DNA of 64,000 bases. Source: Octopus bimaculoides (Eukaryota). The stretch is from the NCBI RefSeq assembly GCF_001194135.2, contig NC_068983.1:107967490-108031489 (forward strand), written 5' to 3'. The translations under genes and the position numbers were made by a program. Shown here piece after piece: positions 1 through 13,848 of this stretch; position 1 is the first letter of the stretch, and each line of letters opens with the position of its first letter. The notes beneath the pieces were generated by a model. It did not search any database, was not told the origin of the DNA, and saw nothing but the letters and a program-made list of their open reading frames with translations.

Positions 1-304
1 ATCATTCCCATAATAAGGATATTAGGTCCAAACCATTATATGCATGCGCATATACATATCTACACACACAGACACACACACACACAGCTAGATTCATCTA
101 TTTATCTGTCTATCTATCTATCTATCTATATTCATATATACACGCACGCACAAAAATTCATTATATATAAAACTCTAAGTACCTGAAAATAACAGAAAGT
201 GTGCATGTGTGTATGAGAGAGAGAGAGAAAGAAAATGAGTGAAAGAATGAGAAAACGAACAAGCAAATTCTATCGCGTGCTGGTAGTTTGGAAAATAAGG
301 GGTA

Positions 305-320
305 CCAATGACTGACGTCA
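305..320. promoter_or_regulatory. CCAAT box followed by a perfect CRE palindrome (TGACGTCA)
   Basis: CCAAT at 305-309 and TGACGTCA at 313-320, next to a small CpG-containing patch (atcgcgtg) in CpG-poor DNA. Motif match only. Confidence 0.25.
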
Positions 321-3300
321 TCAATGAACTATAGCTTCTTGTTTAGCTGCAACATTTTTCAGCTGTAACATCTAGTAGCATCAGACATTTGTTCAGCTTT
401 TACGATCAATAAATTCACAATAATAATAATTTGACAAGTTTTTCAGATAGTTGGAAACTGACATTGTCAGCCACACAGAAATCACTAGCATAGTATATAA
501 CATTTAGTATTAGTCTTATAAATTCAGTTTAACATCTATAGATAAGTATTAAAAACATTTCTTAAATATTCAGAAATGAAGCAATTTAAATCAGTTTTTC
601 TCCTACATAAGAATAAAGGATTACAAAAGACATTAAATGGAATAAAATAACAGCAAATCAATAACAGTCCCCAATGTGCTAAATCAAAATTCCTAATGAA
701 TTTTAAGATACACTTTAAATTGTAGAGGTGATGGATGATTGAGTAAATCTAGGTCTCTATGAAATTACTTTAACATTAAATTTTTCCACCAACTAATCTG
801 AGTCAGGAAATAAGAAAAGGTTACAATGACTGCAGCAAAAAGAAAAGAAAAAATTATGATAAAACAGGAATCAATTGAAATGTGTAGATGATAAATTCAC
901 CAAGAAAATAATAACATATGTGTGTATTTCAAATTTGATAATTTTAGTTCAGTATTATAAGCAATGTATTATAAGCAATAAACATATATTCCAAGGAATA
1001 TTACAATGAAAAGTCTCAGAACATGTTATATTTTATAAACTGAATGCAATTTGTATGGTTTTCTCTACAGTTCATATTCTTTTTAGATTATTAAAACAGT
1101 ATGTAAGCATATTTTAATATCTTGGTTCAACCTGTATGAGAATGAATTTTATAAGAGAAATTACTCCAGGTCATGTTTAACCACAAGAATCAAAATTTCA
1201 CAATCATGGTAAAAAACTTAAATGAAATGCTTGAAGTGTCACTGATCTATTTTGAGCTAAATGATAACCAATAGAAAATAAATACAATAGGAAATAAAAG
1301 GAACACACTGAGCAGTAAAACAACCAAAAAACTGTCACAAAGACTGATTTAAGATATTTTAACATGAAAATAATAGCCAGAAATGGATTGTTTGTTTAAT
1401 GACAAAGATTAGTGCTTGTTGAACTCCCTACATACATGTCTTATAATTCAATACCAATGAAGTTCTTCCCCCACCCACTTAGTACTGCAGAAGTAAAAGC
1501 TTGTACAATGAATTAGTGAAAGCTAATTCCACTTGACTACTGGTAATTCTAATGGCTGCCATTGCAATTGAAAGGTTTAAGTTTGAATCTTATATATTTA
1601 AGAAGGAAAGCATTTGGGTATAAGAGAGTTGAAAACTAGCTGTTTACTCTTTATAAAATAGAAACAAACTATTAAGTAGATGGAAGTAGTTAACAACGAT
1701 TTTCTGTTTTCAGCAAGATAAACCAAGGAGAATGTAACATGTAATGTAGCACATATAAATCAGGAAAAAGAAAAAGGGAAATAAACTTCATAAAAGAATT
1801 TTAGTTGTCTCACATGACACGCAAAACTGAAAAGAAGGAGATGATAAAGCAAAATAGAACAATCTTCTCAATAGAGATTTTAAGAAGTATCTTAGTTCAA
1901 TATCATAATTTTATAGCAAAATCAGTTTGTGGAGAAAATATCATCTACTACAAAAACAACAACTATTACTTCCATAACCAGATGACTTAATCTCGATCAA
2001 ACAAAGAAAAGCAAATGCCCAGACTGCAAAATTGGAAGGAAGTATTAAATACAAAGACCAAGGAAAGCTTTCAAGAGAATAATAAAATTAAAATGTAAAA
2101 TGAGCTATACATTAATTCAGTGAAGCTGATATTCTAGTTGAAGAGTTACCTGTTCTGCAGAATGTATGTATGTGTGTGTGTGTATCAATAGTCCATGCTG
2201 TAAAATGATTGGTAATTGGAAGGGCATCCATCCATAGAAACTATACATAAAAAATAGGGCATACGCAAGAGAGACAGCCAGTTTTTCCTGTTGTGGATGA
2301 CTAATGACAAAGGACCATACCAAACTGTGAAATGCCGAGACCTGAACAATGTATGCCAGTATGAAAAATAAACTGTACATGACAACAATGCTTGTTGGTT
2401 CTATTTATTCAAAAAACACTATTTTTAATAAATATACACTGAAGGAGAAACAGAGTGGAAGATAGCTACACACACACACACACAAACCACACTTGTCTAT
2501 GTGTGCATGTGAATGTGTGTAAAATATATAATCATTGTTGGTGGCTTACTTGTGACATAGGCATCTGAGTTTCTACACTTATATACAAATAAGATGAAAT
2601 GAAATGCACTGACGCAAACATAAATACATTCATAAACACTCTGTGCACATGACACAGCTGACGTCAAATAATCATGCATAAAAGACTGCTAAGCATTATA
2701 CGTTGAAAAATCTACCCTATAATTTTGCTACCTATAACCAAACTCTTTCTGTAACTGGCTATTTTCTTAGATATAAATAAGAAAGAGTTTCTTTACTTAA
2801 AAACCTAGCATTAATTATTATGACTGGAAGTTGAGTGTGTGTGTATCGTTATAACTGATATGCCTGATGCCAACAATGAAAACAACATTCTAAAGACTCT
2901 GAATTCTAAAGACAGAATGAATTAAAAGTAGGGTATTATCCTAATATTACTAAAAACAAGATGATTAAATAAAATATAAAAACTTACAGGGATGAAATCT
3001 ACAAATACCTAGTGTTTCATAATTAAACGATCTTGTGGATAAAATATTGTTTAGGTTTAAATGTAATGGATATTAAGTATTCTAAAAACCATTTTCAGAT
3101 GGAGAAGTAAGATAGGTCCTTTGGTGAGATTTGAACTATATATCTAGGTTAGTACTGGCATGGCACCTTAGGTAAGTGTCATCTATTATAAGCTCCAGGC
3201 AGACCAAAAAACTGGATTTGGTAAATGAAAACTGAAAATAGTCTGTTATGTGTGTGTGTATGTGTGTGTGCACGTGCACACATGCTTGCGTGCTTGTTAG

Positions 3301-3793
3301 TGTGTACTCTTATATGCACACCATATAATGGTTCAAAATGATCTTCCTTCTCATTATCACTATTTTTACATTTGCATTTTCCATGCAGCATGCGTTGCAT
3401 GAAACTTGTTGAGGCAGCACACTATGGCTAGATGCCTTTTTTTGGTTTGGTTTACGTTTCGGTTAATTGCTTTTTTATCTTTTTGCATGACAAAACTGCT
3501 CAACTGCTGGCCATATTTTCACAACTGATGCAAACAATGACTATTGCCTAAAAATGTAAACAATAAGACACACATGAGGAAAATATGCATGCATACATAC
3601 ACTTTCCCAACAAACACACACAACCTCTGTCTACCAATTTCAATAACAAAACATTGGTCAACCCAAAGTTATAGAAGAAAACACTTGCTCACAAGTACAT
3701 TCCCACTTCCCAAAACCCATGTAGTTGCATTGCAAATATCTTAATATGAAGGAATAATATGAAGGAATAAAATGATAGGTGATCTACAGAGTA

Positions 3794-3838
<45 letters not shown>

Positions 3839-4054
3839 NNNNNNNNNNNNNNNNNNNNNNNNNNNNNNNNNNNNNNNNNNNNNNNNNNNNNNNNNNNNNN
3901 NNNNNNNNNNNNNNNNNNNNNNNNNNNNNNNNNNNNNNNNNNNNNNNNNNNNNNNNNNNNNNNNNNNNNNNNNNNNNNNNNNNNNNNNNNNNNNAAAAAA
4001 AAAAAAAAAAAAACTGTGGAAGCTCAAGTATTTTATGGAGACTATATTTTTTTC

Positions 4055-4408
4055 TTTTACTTGTTTCAGTCATGAGACTGTGGCTGTGCTGAGGCACTAT
4101 CTTGAAGAATTACTTAGCTGAATAAGTCGACCCTAGTACTTATTTTTGTTAAGTTTGGTACTTGTTCTATTGGTCTCTTTTTGCTGAACTACACATTATG
4201 GGGACCTAAGCAAACCAACACTAGTTATCAAGCGGTGCTGGGGCAAAGACAGATTCACACATGCTTCTTTCAGTTTCCATCTACCAAATCCACTCACAAG
4301 GCTTTGGTCAGCCCAAGACTATAGTAGAAGACACTTGCTGAAGGTACCATGCAGTGGGACTGAACCGGGAACCAGGTTGGGAAGTAAGCTTCTTACCACT
4401 CAGCCATA
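4055..4408 (-). mobile_element. tRNA-derived CORE-type SINE (octopus OR-like family A), near full length
   Basis: The minus strand reads head ...ggttcagtcccactgc, then a CORE-like ccttcagcaagtgtcttctactatag, then gatttggtagatggaaactgaaagaagc and a tail ending ...actgaaacaagtaaaag. Homologous copies recur across the window. Confidence 0.85.
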
Positions 4409-4840
4409 TAAGCTAACAGAAGAGAAAATATTATGGTAGCCTATAAGCTATCATTAGAGAAAACAATCTTTCAAAAATAAGCCATTAGGGGAGTTTCTAT
4501 CTTGTATAAAATTTGCTTTTACCAGGCTGGCAAAGATTGTATCAGAGCTTTTGAGGCAATATTCTACGACTGGATGATCTTCCAGTTGCCACCCCTTACA
4601 TTAAAACAAGTATCAGAATTCGCAACCAAATTCTCGTTAAATAACTCCCTAGTATTGTAAAAGTTGGATGAAGTAGTCCTAGATGTCTGAAAATACATGA
4701 AAATGTGTCACACAAATCTTATCAATAGTAGCATTAATGACTGTATGCAGACAGTATATTAGTCAAGTGACACTTGTTTTATATTCAGTAGCTGTTACTT
4801 TGATTTAACAGTTAAGAGCAACAAAGGACGATTAGAAAAA

Positions 4841-4901
4841 AACCAGAAACTCACCAGAGATGACTAACAACTATATGATCGTCTCTGGTGGGTTTCTGTT
4901 T
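4841..4901 (+). ncRNA. pre-miRNA-like hairpin (candidate)
   Basis: 20 contiguous pairs (4844-4863 with 4879-4898, two G-U on the + strand) and a 15-nt loop. Not part of a recognisable repeat. Confidence 0.3.
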
Positions 4902-5045
4902 ATTGAACCAATATCTGTTTTTATCAAAAATCATTAAGCATCCTCACATTTACACTTTTAAAGATGCCAGGTTGAATTACTCAGTCTCTTTAATCATAAT
5001 CTTGTTTATTCGAATAAGTCAGATGTTTGGAATAAATGCACTCAC

Positions 5046-5155
5046 GTGCGCATGCACACACAGCTTCTTTATTAACAATGAATTTATTCAAAGGACAACA
5101 AATAATTTCAAGGAGCAGCTTTTCAATACCTGGCCATTGGATCTCAAATTCAGTA
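5046..5155 (-). CDS. candidate internal exon, product unknown (TEFEIQWPGIEKLLLEIICCPLNKFIVNKEAVCACA)
   Basis: Strong donor CAC|gtgagt, weak acceptor ttgaag|T, 36 open codons. No homology recognised. Confidence 0.2.
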
Positions 5156-5914
5156 CTTCAACCATAGACTAGATATGGTATGTATGTATGTATGTATGTA
5201 TGTATGTATGTATGTATGTATGTATGTATGCATCCATGTATGCATGCAAATATGTATGTATGAGCTAGAATAGAAAAGATGACCATCAATTTAAAACTAG
5301 ATTTCAAGTTCACAGTTGAGCATATCTATCAAGATAAAATCTAGTTTAGGACTCAGAGGCTAAATATTTGAAGTGATTCTTAAAGTGACAGCACAGCAAT
5401 AGTTAATGACAGCAAGTTAATTGGGACAAATCAGCTGTTATTGATTATTTACTCCACATTTCCTCTATGATCCAAAGGAGAAAGACAGAATAGGAGATCA
5501 AAAGGTGAACATATTATTACACATGAAACTTCACACCTGCTCTTCTAATTCACTTCAATTTCTGTTATTAGATTTACTTCTTAGCCACTTTAGATTTTAA
5601 CAGAGGTGACACTTATAATCAAGGAGTTCAGCTATGAAGTGTTACAAGCTTAATGAATGTCACACATTAATTAGTGAATTTAAACAATTTTAGCAATTCT
5701 CAACTAACTACGAATAAGTCTTGAACACTAAAATTTTAAGAATTTTACTGATAAATATCTTCATGAGTATCATCATCATCATCATCATCATCAGCAACAT
5801 TCCTTATGTAATAATAACAGATTAATGAAATAATTTGGATCATTCCCTTGATTAAAATATCTTAAATTAATTATGATTTCAAAAGAAAGTCAGTAAATAC
5901 TAAATATATATATA

Positions 5915-6574
5915 CAAGGGAAAGTCAAGAATTATCAACACTTTTGCCATAATATATCTCTATTATTGTCACACTGCTTTCTTCAGATGCGTGCTTATAG
6001 TTGATACTATTGTGGTCACATGATCGCAGTTTGAGTCTGGTCAGGCCACTTTTCCTTCTGGCTTTACAGTGAAAGCATGGCTGCTCCACTAGCAATGTGC
6101 ACCAAAGAAGAACAAAGAGCAGTGATTCAATTTCTCTGGTCGAAAGGTGTGTCAGACGCTGAAACTTGTTGAAGGCTTTTAGCATAATACAGGGACAGTG
6201 CACTACCATGTAGAAGTGTGTACGAGTAGATTGAAAAGTTTAAAAGTGGGTGGAAAAGCATGATGCACGAAGAGGGAGCAGGACGCCTGTCAACCTCCAC
6301 CACTGATAAAAAGATTCAGCAGGCTCAAGAGATAGTAATGGTGAACCGGTTCACCATTACCATCTCTCCAATCACTGCTCTTAGTTGTTCTTTGGTGCAC
6401 ATTGCTGGTAGAGTGGCCACTGTAAAGCCAGAAAGAGAAATGGCGTAATCAGGCTCAAACTTCGATCACATGACCACAATAGTACCAACTATAAGCATGC
6501 ATGCACAGAAGGCAGTGTGACAATAATAAAAATATGTTATGGCAAAAGTGTAGATAATTTTTGACTTCCCCTCA
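5915..6574 (+). mobile_element. internally deleted mariner element (non-autonomous)
   Basis: Imperfect TIRs of about 120 bp (caagggaaagtcaagaattatc... and ...gataatttttgacttcccctca) flanked by TA at 5913-5914 and 6575-6576. The interior encodes SVYE*IEKFKSGWKSMMHEEGAGRLSTSTTDKKIQQAQEIV, matching the mariner transposase HTH region. Confidence 0.9.
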
Positions 6575-7143
6575 TACATATATATTTCGAAAATTTAACA
6601 AAAACACAACAAATGGAAAATTTTCCAAAAACATAACAAACAGAAAATTTGTAGCAAATTCCTCATCAACGTCCAAAGATCCTTATAATTTTGCACCTTT
6701 AATGTTAATATTGCTGAGTTTTGGTGGCGCCAGTGGCAAAAAGCCACTGGGAATAGCTAATGAACATACAGGACAATGGCAAAAACAAACACGACAAAAT
6801 AAAAAATATATATATATATACAAAAAAAGCTGTGCAGTTGCATGTCAGACTGATATGGAGTAATGCAAACGAAAATGAAAATGTCCAATGGGACTGGAGA
6901 TGAGAGATGAACAGGTAGAAAGTCAGAACAAAGGAAGAAGTAAAACACACATATATCTACATATCTCCATATTCATTTGGATATGCAGTTTGCTATGCAA
7001 CTCTATGCCTCCAGTTTCAATCAAACTGCATGGCACCTAAAGTTTCACACAGTATCTTCAGACTGACCAATACTTTGCGAATATTATTTGGTAGATAGAT
7101 ACTGTACACACACACATGTACATCTATCTATCTATCTATCTAT

Positions 7144-7430
7144 ATACTTATTCTATCAGTCCCTTTTGCTGAACTGCTAAGTTACAGGGACATAAACACA
7201 CCACCATCAGTTGTCAAGCGATGTTGGGGGGACAAACACAGACACACATACACATATATATTATACATATATATGACAGGCTTCTTTCAGTTTCCATCTA
7301 CCAAATCCACTCACAAGGCTTTGGTCGGTCCGAGGCTATAGTAGAAGACACTTGCCCAAGGTGCCACACAGTGGGAATGAACCCAGAACCATGCAGTTGG
7401 TAAGCAAGCTACTTACCACACAGCCACTCC
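7144..7430 (-). mobile_element. SINE family A copy
   Basis: Same head and CORE-like segment as 4055-4408, with an internal (CA/TA) microsatellite. Confidence 0.85.
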
Positions 7431-7976
7431 TATAAATACACACACATGCATGCTTTATGGTGAAACTGAGCAATGACATCACTGGAGCAACAGTAATGTC
7501 ATGTTTAAATGATCCGTAAGCAATATCTTCTGTAGCAGGGTAGTTTTGTCTGGTTTGATGACAAGATCAATGAAGTAAAATGTACCATACTTGAAAAGCA
7601 GGAAATGGTTGGCAGGAGAGAAGACACTGTCCATATAACACTGCCTCAATAATTCTAGTACAAGCTATGCCAGCATGGAAAAAGACATAAATATTAAGAT
7701 GATGGTAGTAGTACATAGCATCCTCATTCCCACTCACAAATAATGCTTATATATACAAATATGCATATGTATTTGCATGTGTAAGTATGCATATGTATGC
7801 ATGTACATGTAAATGCACACACATTCACATATATATACATATAAGTATATTATATGTTTGTAAAAAAAAATACTTACAAGCAATTCCCTCTCCTTACACA
7901 GTACTCTCTCTCTATCCCTATGAGTAGCAGTTCCCAGTGAGCCAACCATGTGCATATATATATATACATACGTATA

Positions 7977-8660
7977 CAGGGTATGATGGGTAAATTGTTG
8001 CCCTTTTATATTTTCAATTTCACACATGCACATTATCTTTGATTTTGTCGACTACAGAGTATAGTAAGGTCAGTTGGGCGCCGTCTTGAGAAAAACAGCA
8101 CTATGATGCAATTCATTTTGCCAGAAATTTGGAAACAACATGTTGTACAGCTTGCTCTTTGTGCCAGAAGCTCCAATGCGAACATTTCGAAGTGTTTGGG
8201 TGTCAATCTGAAGACATGTACCAAGAGTGATGAAAATCAAACATCCAGCAACATTATGATGTATGGAGTGATCACTAGTGATGGCGACATTATGCCTCCA
8301 TTCATCTTCCCACACAGCTTCAGACTCAACATGGAGGCCTACATCAAGGCTGTTGGAAGACCCTGTCTAACAACAGAACTCTGCACCATGCCACACAAGC
8401 AGGAGAACCAGTCATGGCTGTCAGACAATTTCTGTGACCACATCATCCCTCACATTTGGCCACCTAACTCCCCAGACACAACCCTCTGAAGTCATCTGGA
8501 GGCCATGGTTGAAGCCAATGGCGATTTCATTGAATAAATTTACTCTTTAGTATTTCAAGATATTTGTATGTAATTTTGGCAAATACATCAGTTAAAATAA
8601 GATGTCAGTTTTATTTTCATTTTTGCATAATTTAGATGACAGTTTATTCACCACACCTTG
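7977..8660 (+). mobile_element. deleted Tc1/mariner-superfamily element, maT/rosa-like (DDxD type)
   Basis: TA-flanked imperfect TIRs of about 22 bp (cagggtatgatgggtaaattgt and acagtttattcaccacaccttg). Coding remnants MMYGVITSDGDIMPPFIFP, QQNSAPCHTSRR and WLSDNFCDHIIPHIWPPNSPD are broken by deletions and frameshifts. Confidence 0.85.
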
Positions 8661-8924
8661 TATATATATATGTGTGTGTGTGTGTGTGCGTGTGCACGCG
8701 TGTGTGTATATATATATTTATTTATTTATTTATTTATGTGTTTCAGCCAAGTGGCTGCGGTCATGCTGGTGCACCACCGTATATATATACATATATATAT
8801 ATATATAGAGAGAGAGGAGGATTGACAGATAGATAGACAGAGGGGTATAGCTATAAATATTTGTATAATATCAAAGTTGACAGTCTACTCTGAGATTCAC
8901 TCTTAGATGGGCTGTTCATGACTG

Positions 8925-9083
8925 TCATCATCATCATCATCGTTTAAAGTCCACTTTCCATGCTAGCATGGGTTGGACGATTTGACTGAGGACTGGTGAA
9001 ACCGGATGGCAAAACCAGGCTCCAATCTAATTTGGCAGAGTTTCTACAGCTGGATGCCCTTCCTAACGCCAACCACTCAGAGA
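8925..9083 (-). mobile_element. (GAT)n-tailed retroposon/SINE family C copy
   Basis: (cat)n-gtttaaagtccactttccatgctagcatgggttggacg...ctggatgcccttcctaacgccaacc. Other copies lie near 9635-9740, 11420-11650, 28958-29345, 32580-32830, 36405-36530 and 47360-47500. Confidence 0.8.
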
Positions 9084-9760
9084 TGAGAAAAAATTAGAGT
9101 TTATATTAGGTTCAAATAGTTAGATGTAACAGGGTGAATATTTTGAAAACTCTGTGAGGAAGTGGGCAATGATATTTTTAGGTGTGTATTGTATTGTACT
9201 TTGGCTGGAATTAAACTGAATGTCTTTTCATCACTGAAATTTATTTAGCTATAGATAGTCTAATAACCTTACACCTTTTGCTCTGTGGACGTCCAAGGGT
9301 CAGTTTATAGTTTATTAAAAGAAGTTTACAATGTACTGTATCTAAATTAATGGTATTGTATTTCTTAGAATAGAGTTTTACTCTAATTTGCTAGACCTAG
9401 GAGTCCAAAGATTAGGTTTAAGTCTAAATAAAGATATAGGTATTGTAAATATTTTAAATTTCAATAAGGTTGAAGGTTACTCTAATTTGAGCTTACTATT
9501 TCAGCAAAAGGAAAATGAATTAGAAGTAGAAAGGGAATAATTGAAGAAACACTAACAAAGATAGTAATTAAATATAAGGGCCAGAAAAAATTAGAAATTT
9601 TATCGCAAATTATATTAGATCTAGTGTGTGTAAAATCATCAACATCATTAAATGTCCACTTTTCCATGCCTGCAAGGGTCAGGTGAAATTTCTTGAGGCA
9701 GGTTTTTCTACAATTTGATGCACTTCCTGTCACTAACCCCCCCCCCCATATGTATATATA

Positions 9761-9808
<48 letters not shown>

Positions 9809-10559
9809 ACTGTATCAGTCAGACTATCAGATGCTGTTATACACCACTGGTCACAATGTGCTTCTTTGATTGTTGTAACTTTTAAATAATGCTGAGCATA
9901 GTAACATATTACAGGATGTATCTATTATCTGATTTTATATATGTAGTATATGTTTATTTATCTATCCATCTCTCTCTATAAATACACACACACATACATA
10001 CATACATACATACACACTTACATATATTCACATTCATGCGTAAGAACATGCACTGTGTGCATGTGTGTGTGTGAGTGCATCTGTAAATATGAATAAATAC
10101 AATAGTAAAGTCTTTAAAGACCAAATTAACAAAAAACATATCAACATAATGATGTGATTACACTTTTGTACATGGTTTCAATCAACATTTGCTCAATATG
10201 TTGAACTCCTGTATATACTCTGAAGAATAACTGCTTTTTGCACACATGTACATACATGCATACATATATATTTACAGACATGTTTGCTTACCTGTATACA
10301 TGTGCATATATGTATATATGCATATCTCTGTGTAGTGGGAACTTAGTTGTAGTTCAATGATTGAAAGCAATAAAAAAAAGAAAAGTAAAGAAAAAAACCA
10401 TCTGGAAACTAAAAAAGGATTATTCTTCTTTATTAATTATTTGCTTGGTCTTCACAGTGAGATTGATACCTTTAACATTCTGCTTAAACTATTGCTTGTA
10501 GCAATTCATTGTAACACTCTAGAGATAAACAGTTCTGCCTATCACTACTACTGTGGTAC

Positions 10560-10682
10560 CATTTCATCTATTTTCAGTTCTTTGTAGGCTGAGCTTTTCC
10601 ATGATAGTTGCAGAAAGCTTAAACATTTTACTATATTTCCATTGAAATATACTACTTTAGCTTGATTTACTGTTGAAAAATC
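10560..10682 (-). CDS. candidate internal exon, product unknown (DFSTVNQAKVVYFNGNIVKCLSFLQLSWKSSAYKELKIDEM)
   Basis: Strong acceptor aattcttcag|G, 41 open codons, moderate donor ATG|gtacca. No homology recognised. Confidence 0.2.
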
Positions 10683-13514
10683 CTGAAGAATTTAACAAAA
10701 TTATGCAGTCAATATTAAGCTGGCATTTGGAACATTTAGAGGGCTACTCTTGATTTAGATTTCTTTAAAACAGTAAGCTTTTATTCTTTTGCTTTACAGA
10801 TTCAGGGCAGTCTCAGGTAGGTTGGTATCAAAAGGGAATCAATAAATATCAAAAACTACCTACTGGTTCAACTCAGCTTCAACTATAGGCTATTCCATTA
10901 AACTGTGTGCATTATTTGTTCTGTTACTGTATCCTGAATGCTAGCTTCAGATGAGGAATGCAGCTCTTGGGAAATTACAATGTATATGTAATACCTTATA
11001 AATAATAATTAGTTTCAACTGTTGTCGCCCCAAACAGAGAGTGGGAACATTTGAATGATTGATTAAGATATCAGATAAGATGAAATCGGATAAAATGATT
11101 CTGAGGTGCATTATTTGAAGATGAAATACTTTATTGGCTGATGCTGCAGTACTTGAGCATCTAATGGTATTGGTGACTAAAGAATTTAGATGATGAAGCC
11201 AGGTTGGTAGTTTGAGATTGTACTATGTGACACTGTGTGTTTGAAATTTGAAGGTGAATGGAGATGTTCAAGTCTTAGTATTACCAGTGATACTTTTATG
11301 GGCCTTTGCAGAATGTGGCTTAGGTTGGAAGTGTTTGGTCACAATACACAACTAGGAGAGTTTCATAAAGAACTGAATATGGGTATTTTCATTGTCGTTG
11401 CCACCACCACCGCCACCACCACCACCACCACCGTCATCATCATCATCATCACTGTTTTAGTGTCCACTTTTCCATGCTTGCATGAGTCAGAGAGAATCTG
11501 TTGAGGCAGATTTTCTATAGCCAGATGCCCTTCCTGTCACCAACCCTTGTTTCCATACAAGGTAATATTTATCCATGACATGAAACAAATGATGCCATTC
11601 GTATGATGGTAGCACTCATTTACATCTATGGCGTGATGTCAAATAGTGACACTAACTCACACATACATATAAATATATACAGATATATATACATGTAAGT
11701 ATTGGTTGATTCTATTAGAAGACACTTGCCCAAGGTGTAATGCATTGGGACTGAATCTAAAACCACATGATTAGAAGGAAGAATGATTTTAACCACAAAG
11801 CCATACCTGCACCTGATTTAAATTTTTGAAAATTCTTGTGTAAATATTTATTCACATAGCAATGTCAAATTCTTTGGTCAAGTACATTTTGGGTAACTAA
11901 ATTTGTGTCTACAATTTTTTTAATGGCTGATTATAGTTTTTATTTTGAAAAATAGCAGTTCAAAACATGAAAATTTATTGAAAAAGTGAGCATCAGAACA
12001 TGAAAGGGTTGCAAGCATTTGAGATTGATCCTTGTGAAAGGCAGCTATTTTGCAAGAATATTTTGCAAATATACACAACCCAGGCCAGTGTTGAAAAATG
12101 AACATGAAATATGATGGTGATGCAGATGACAACAATGAATGAAAGTGCTAGGTTTCAAAGCTTAAGTAACAGCAAAAATAAATAATACCTAATAAAATTT
12201 CAGTTCTTCTTTCTTTATTTATTTTTACAGTTACATTCTGGGTTCTCACTGCAAAACTATGATCAGAATTCTGATGCAATAATATATCTATAATTGGATT
12301 ACTACCATTTTTATTCATTGAAAATAGCTGATCATTGTGCTTTGCTGAGCCAGTCCCTTTTTCAACCAATTCAAATTATTGCCTGCTGTACTGTTTTTAC
12401 ATTATATGAACTATAACATTACTGCTACTGCAACATCAATAAAACCAATCTTTAGTAAATATTATGCACTTATCTATTTTGATGTGATGGAGCATATAAA
12501 TAAAAACAAAACAAAAATTTCTATTTATGTGAGCCCTTACAGTGGAAAAAAGAATCACGTTTAGGAGTATGCTGTAGATTAATCAGTGCAATAACGCTGA
12601 ACACAAAAAAGAAAATATCAGGAAGTACTTGTCTTTCCTATAGAATTTAGAATCTAGTCAGCTTAAACATGTGCAGTAATTCTGGATAGCATAAAACAAA
12701 AAGAAAACTGATAAATAGTGAAGTTATCTTGGAAGTAAACTGGAGAAGATCATGCAGTATCAACTAAAAGGTCAACACAGTAGTTAACTGCTCTAGAAGA
12801 AAGCCTGCAATCTTTAGTGGATGAATCCAAATATTGATATTGATTTTTTTTTTAAGTATTACAAGAGATACTATCTATCTATCTATCTATCTATATAGCC
12901 ATAAAACATTTAGAGAAGATTTTCTGAAATAACTGTTAGGCTGCTTCCTTACTCATGATTTTGAAAAAAGATTTTAATTTATACAAATTTAATTTAAAGC
13001 AAGAGCTTTATTTTTTTTAAATGCAAGTGACAATATTCTGAACTTGAAAATTAGTTCATAAAAAGTGACAAACACCTAAAGCAAGAGACAAAAGTAATGT
13101 GGTGAGCTGACCTCACAGCTCACTTCAGCTATTGAAAGTCTTCACCCACCCCCAACACACAAACAAGAATGTTATATTACTTCAATTCTACCTTTTATAA
13201 AATAAAAAAAGGGTTACTGTTCCACTTGTATGGTTCCTACTTCTTGTTAACATTTCACCTAAACATTTTCAGCAAAATTGAATGCTGATTGAGAAGTTAT
13301 AATTGTGATTTTAAGATATGATTTCATGAAAATTCAAATCCAATTATGCCTAGTATAGAACAATGAATGGAAAACAGTAAAAAGGGCAACAAATCCATTA
13401 ACCCTATGTTACAAAGCACACTCTTCTAAAGTCATAAATATCGTTGGTTAAACATCCTGACCTAACTATTCTCCACATAACAATAGAGTGGATACCAAAG
13501 GAGCTGAACATATT

Positions 13515-13791
13515 AAGAAATATCAAGACATGGAAAGAGCAACGAAGTGATTGTGGAAGATGTTAGTGACAATTGGCCTGTGGTAACTGGTGCATTTGGC
13601 ACAACACCTAATCTGCTCCCTAGCATGCTGAAAGATATTGGAATTGAGAACTGCACTGTAGACTGGGAGAGAAATGCAATGTTGTATTTTGCAAGAATCC
13701 TAAGGGAGATTCTCGAGTTTTGAGGAGACTTATTGTCACCAAATTTCATCCCTCTTAACTAAAGTAGCATGTAATAGCTTTAATAATAATA

Positions 13792-13834
<43 letters not shown>
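13515..13834 (+). mobile_element. 3' end of an R4/Dong/Rex6-clade non-LTR retrotransposon (C-terminus of the RLE domain) with (TAA)n tail
   Basis: KKYQDM..LWKM..PVVTGAFGTTPNLL..IGI..ARILREILEF*, then a short UTR and (taa)n at about 13781-13834. Confidence 0.8.
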
Positions 13835-13836
<2 letters not shown>

Positions 13837-13848
13837 GTAAAAATAATA

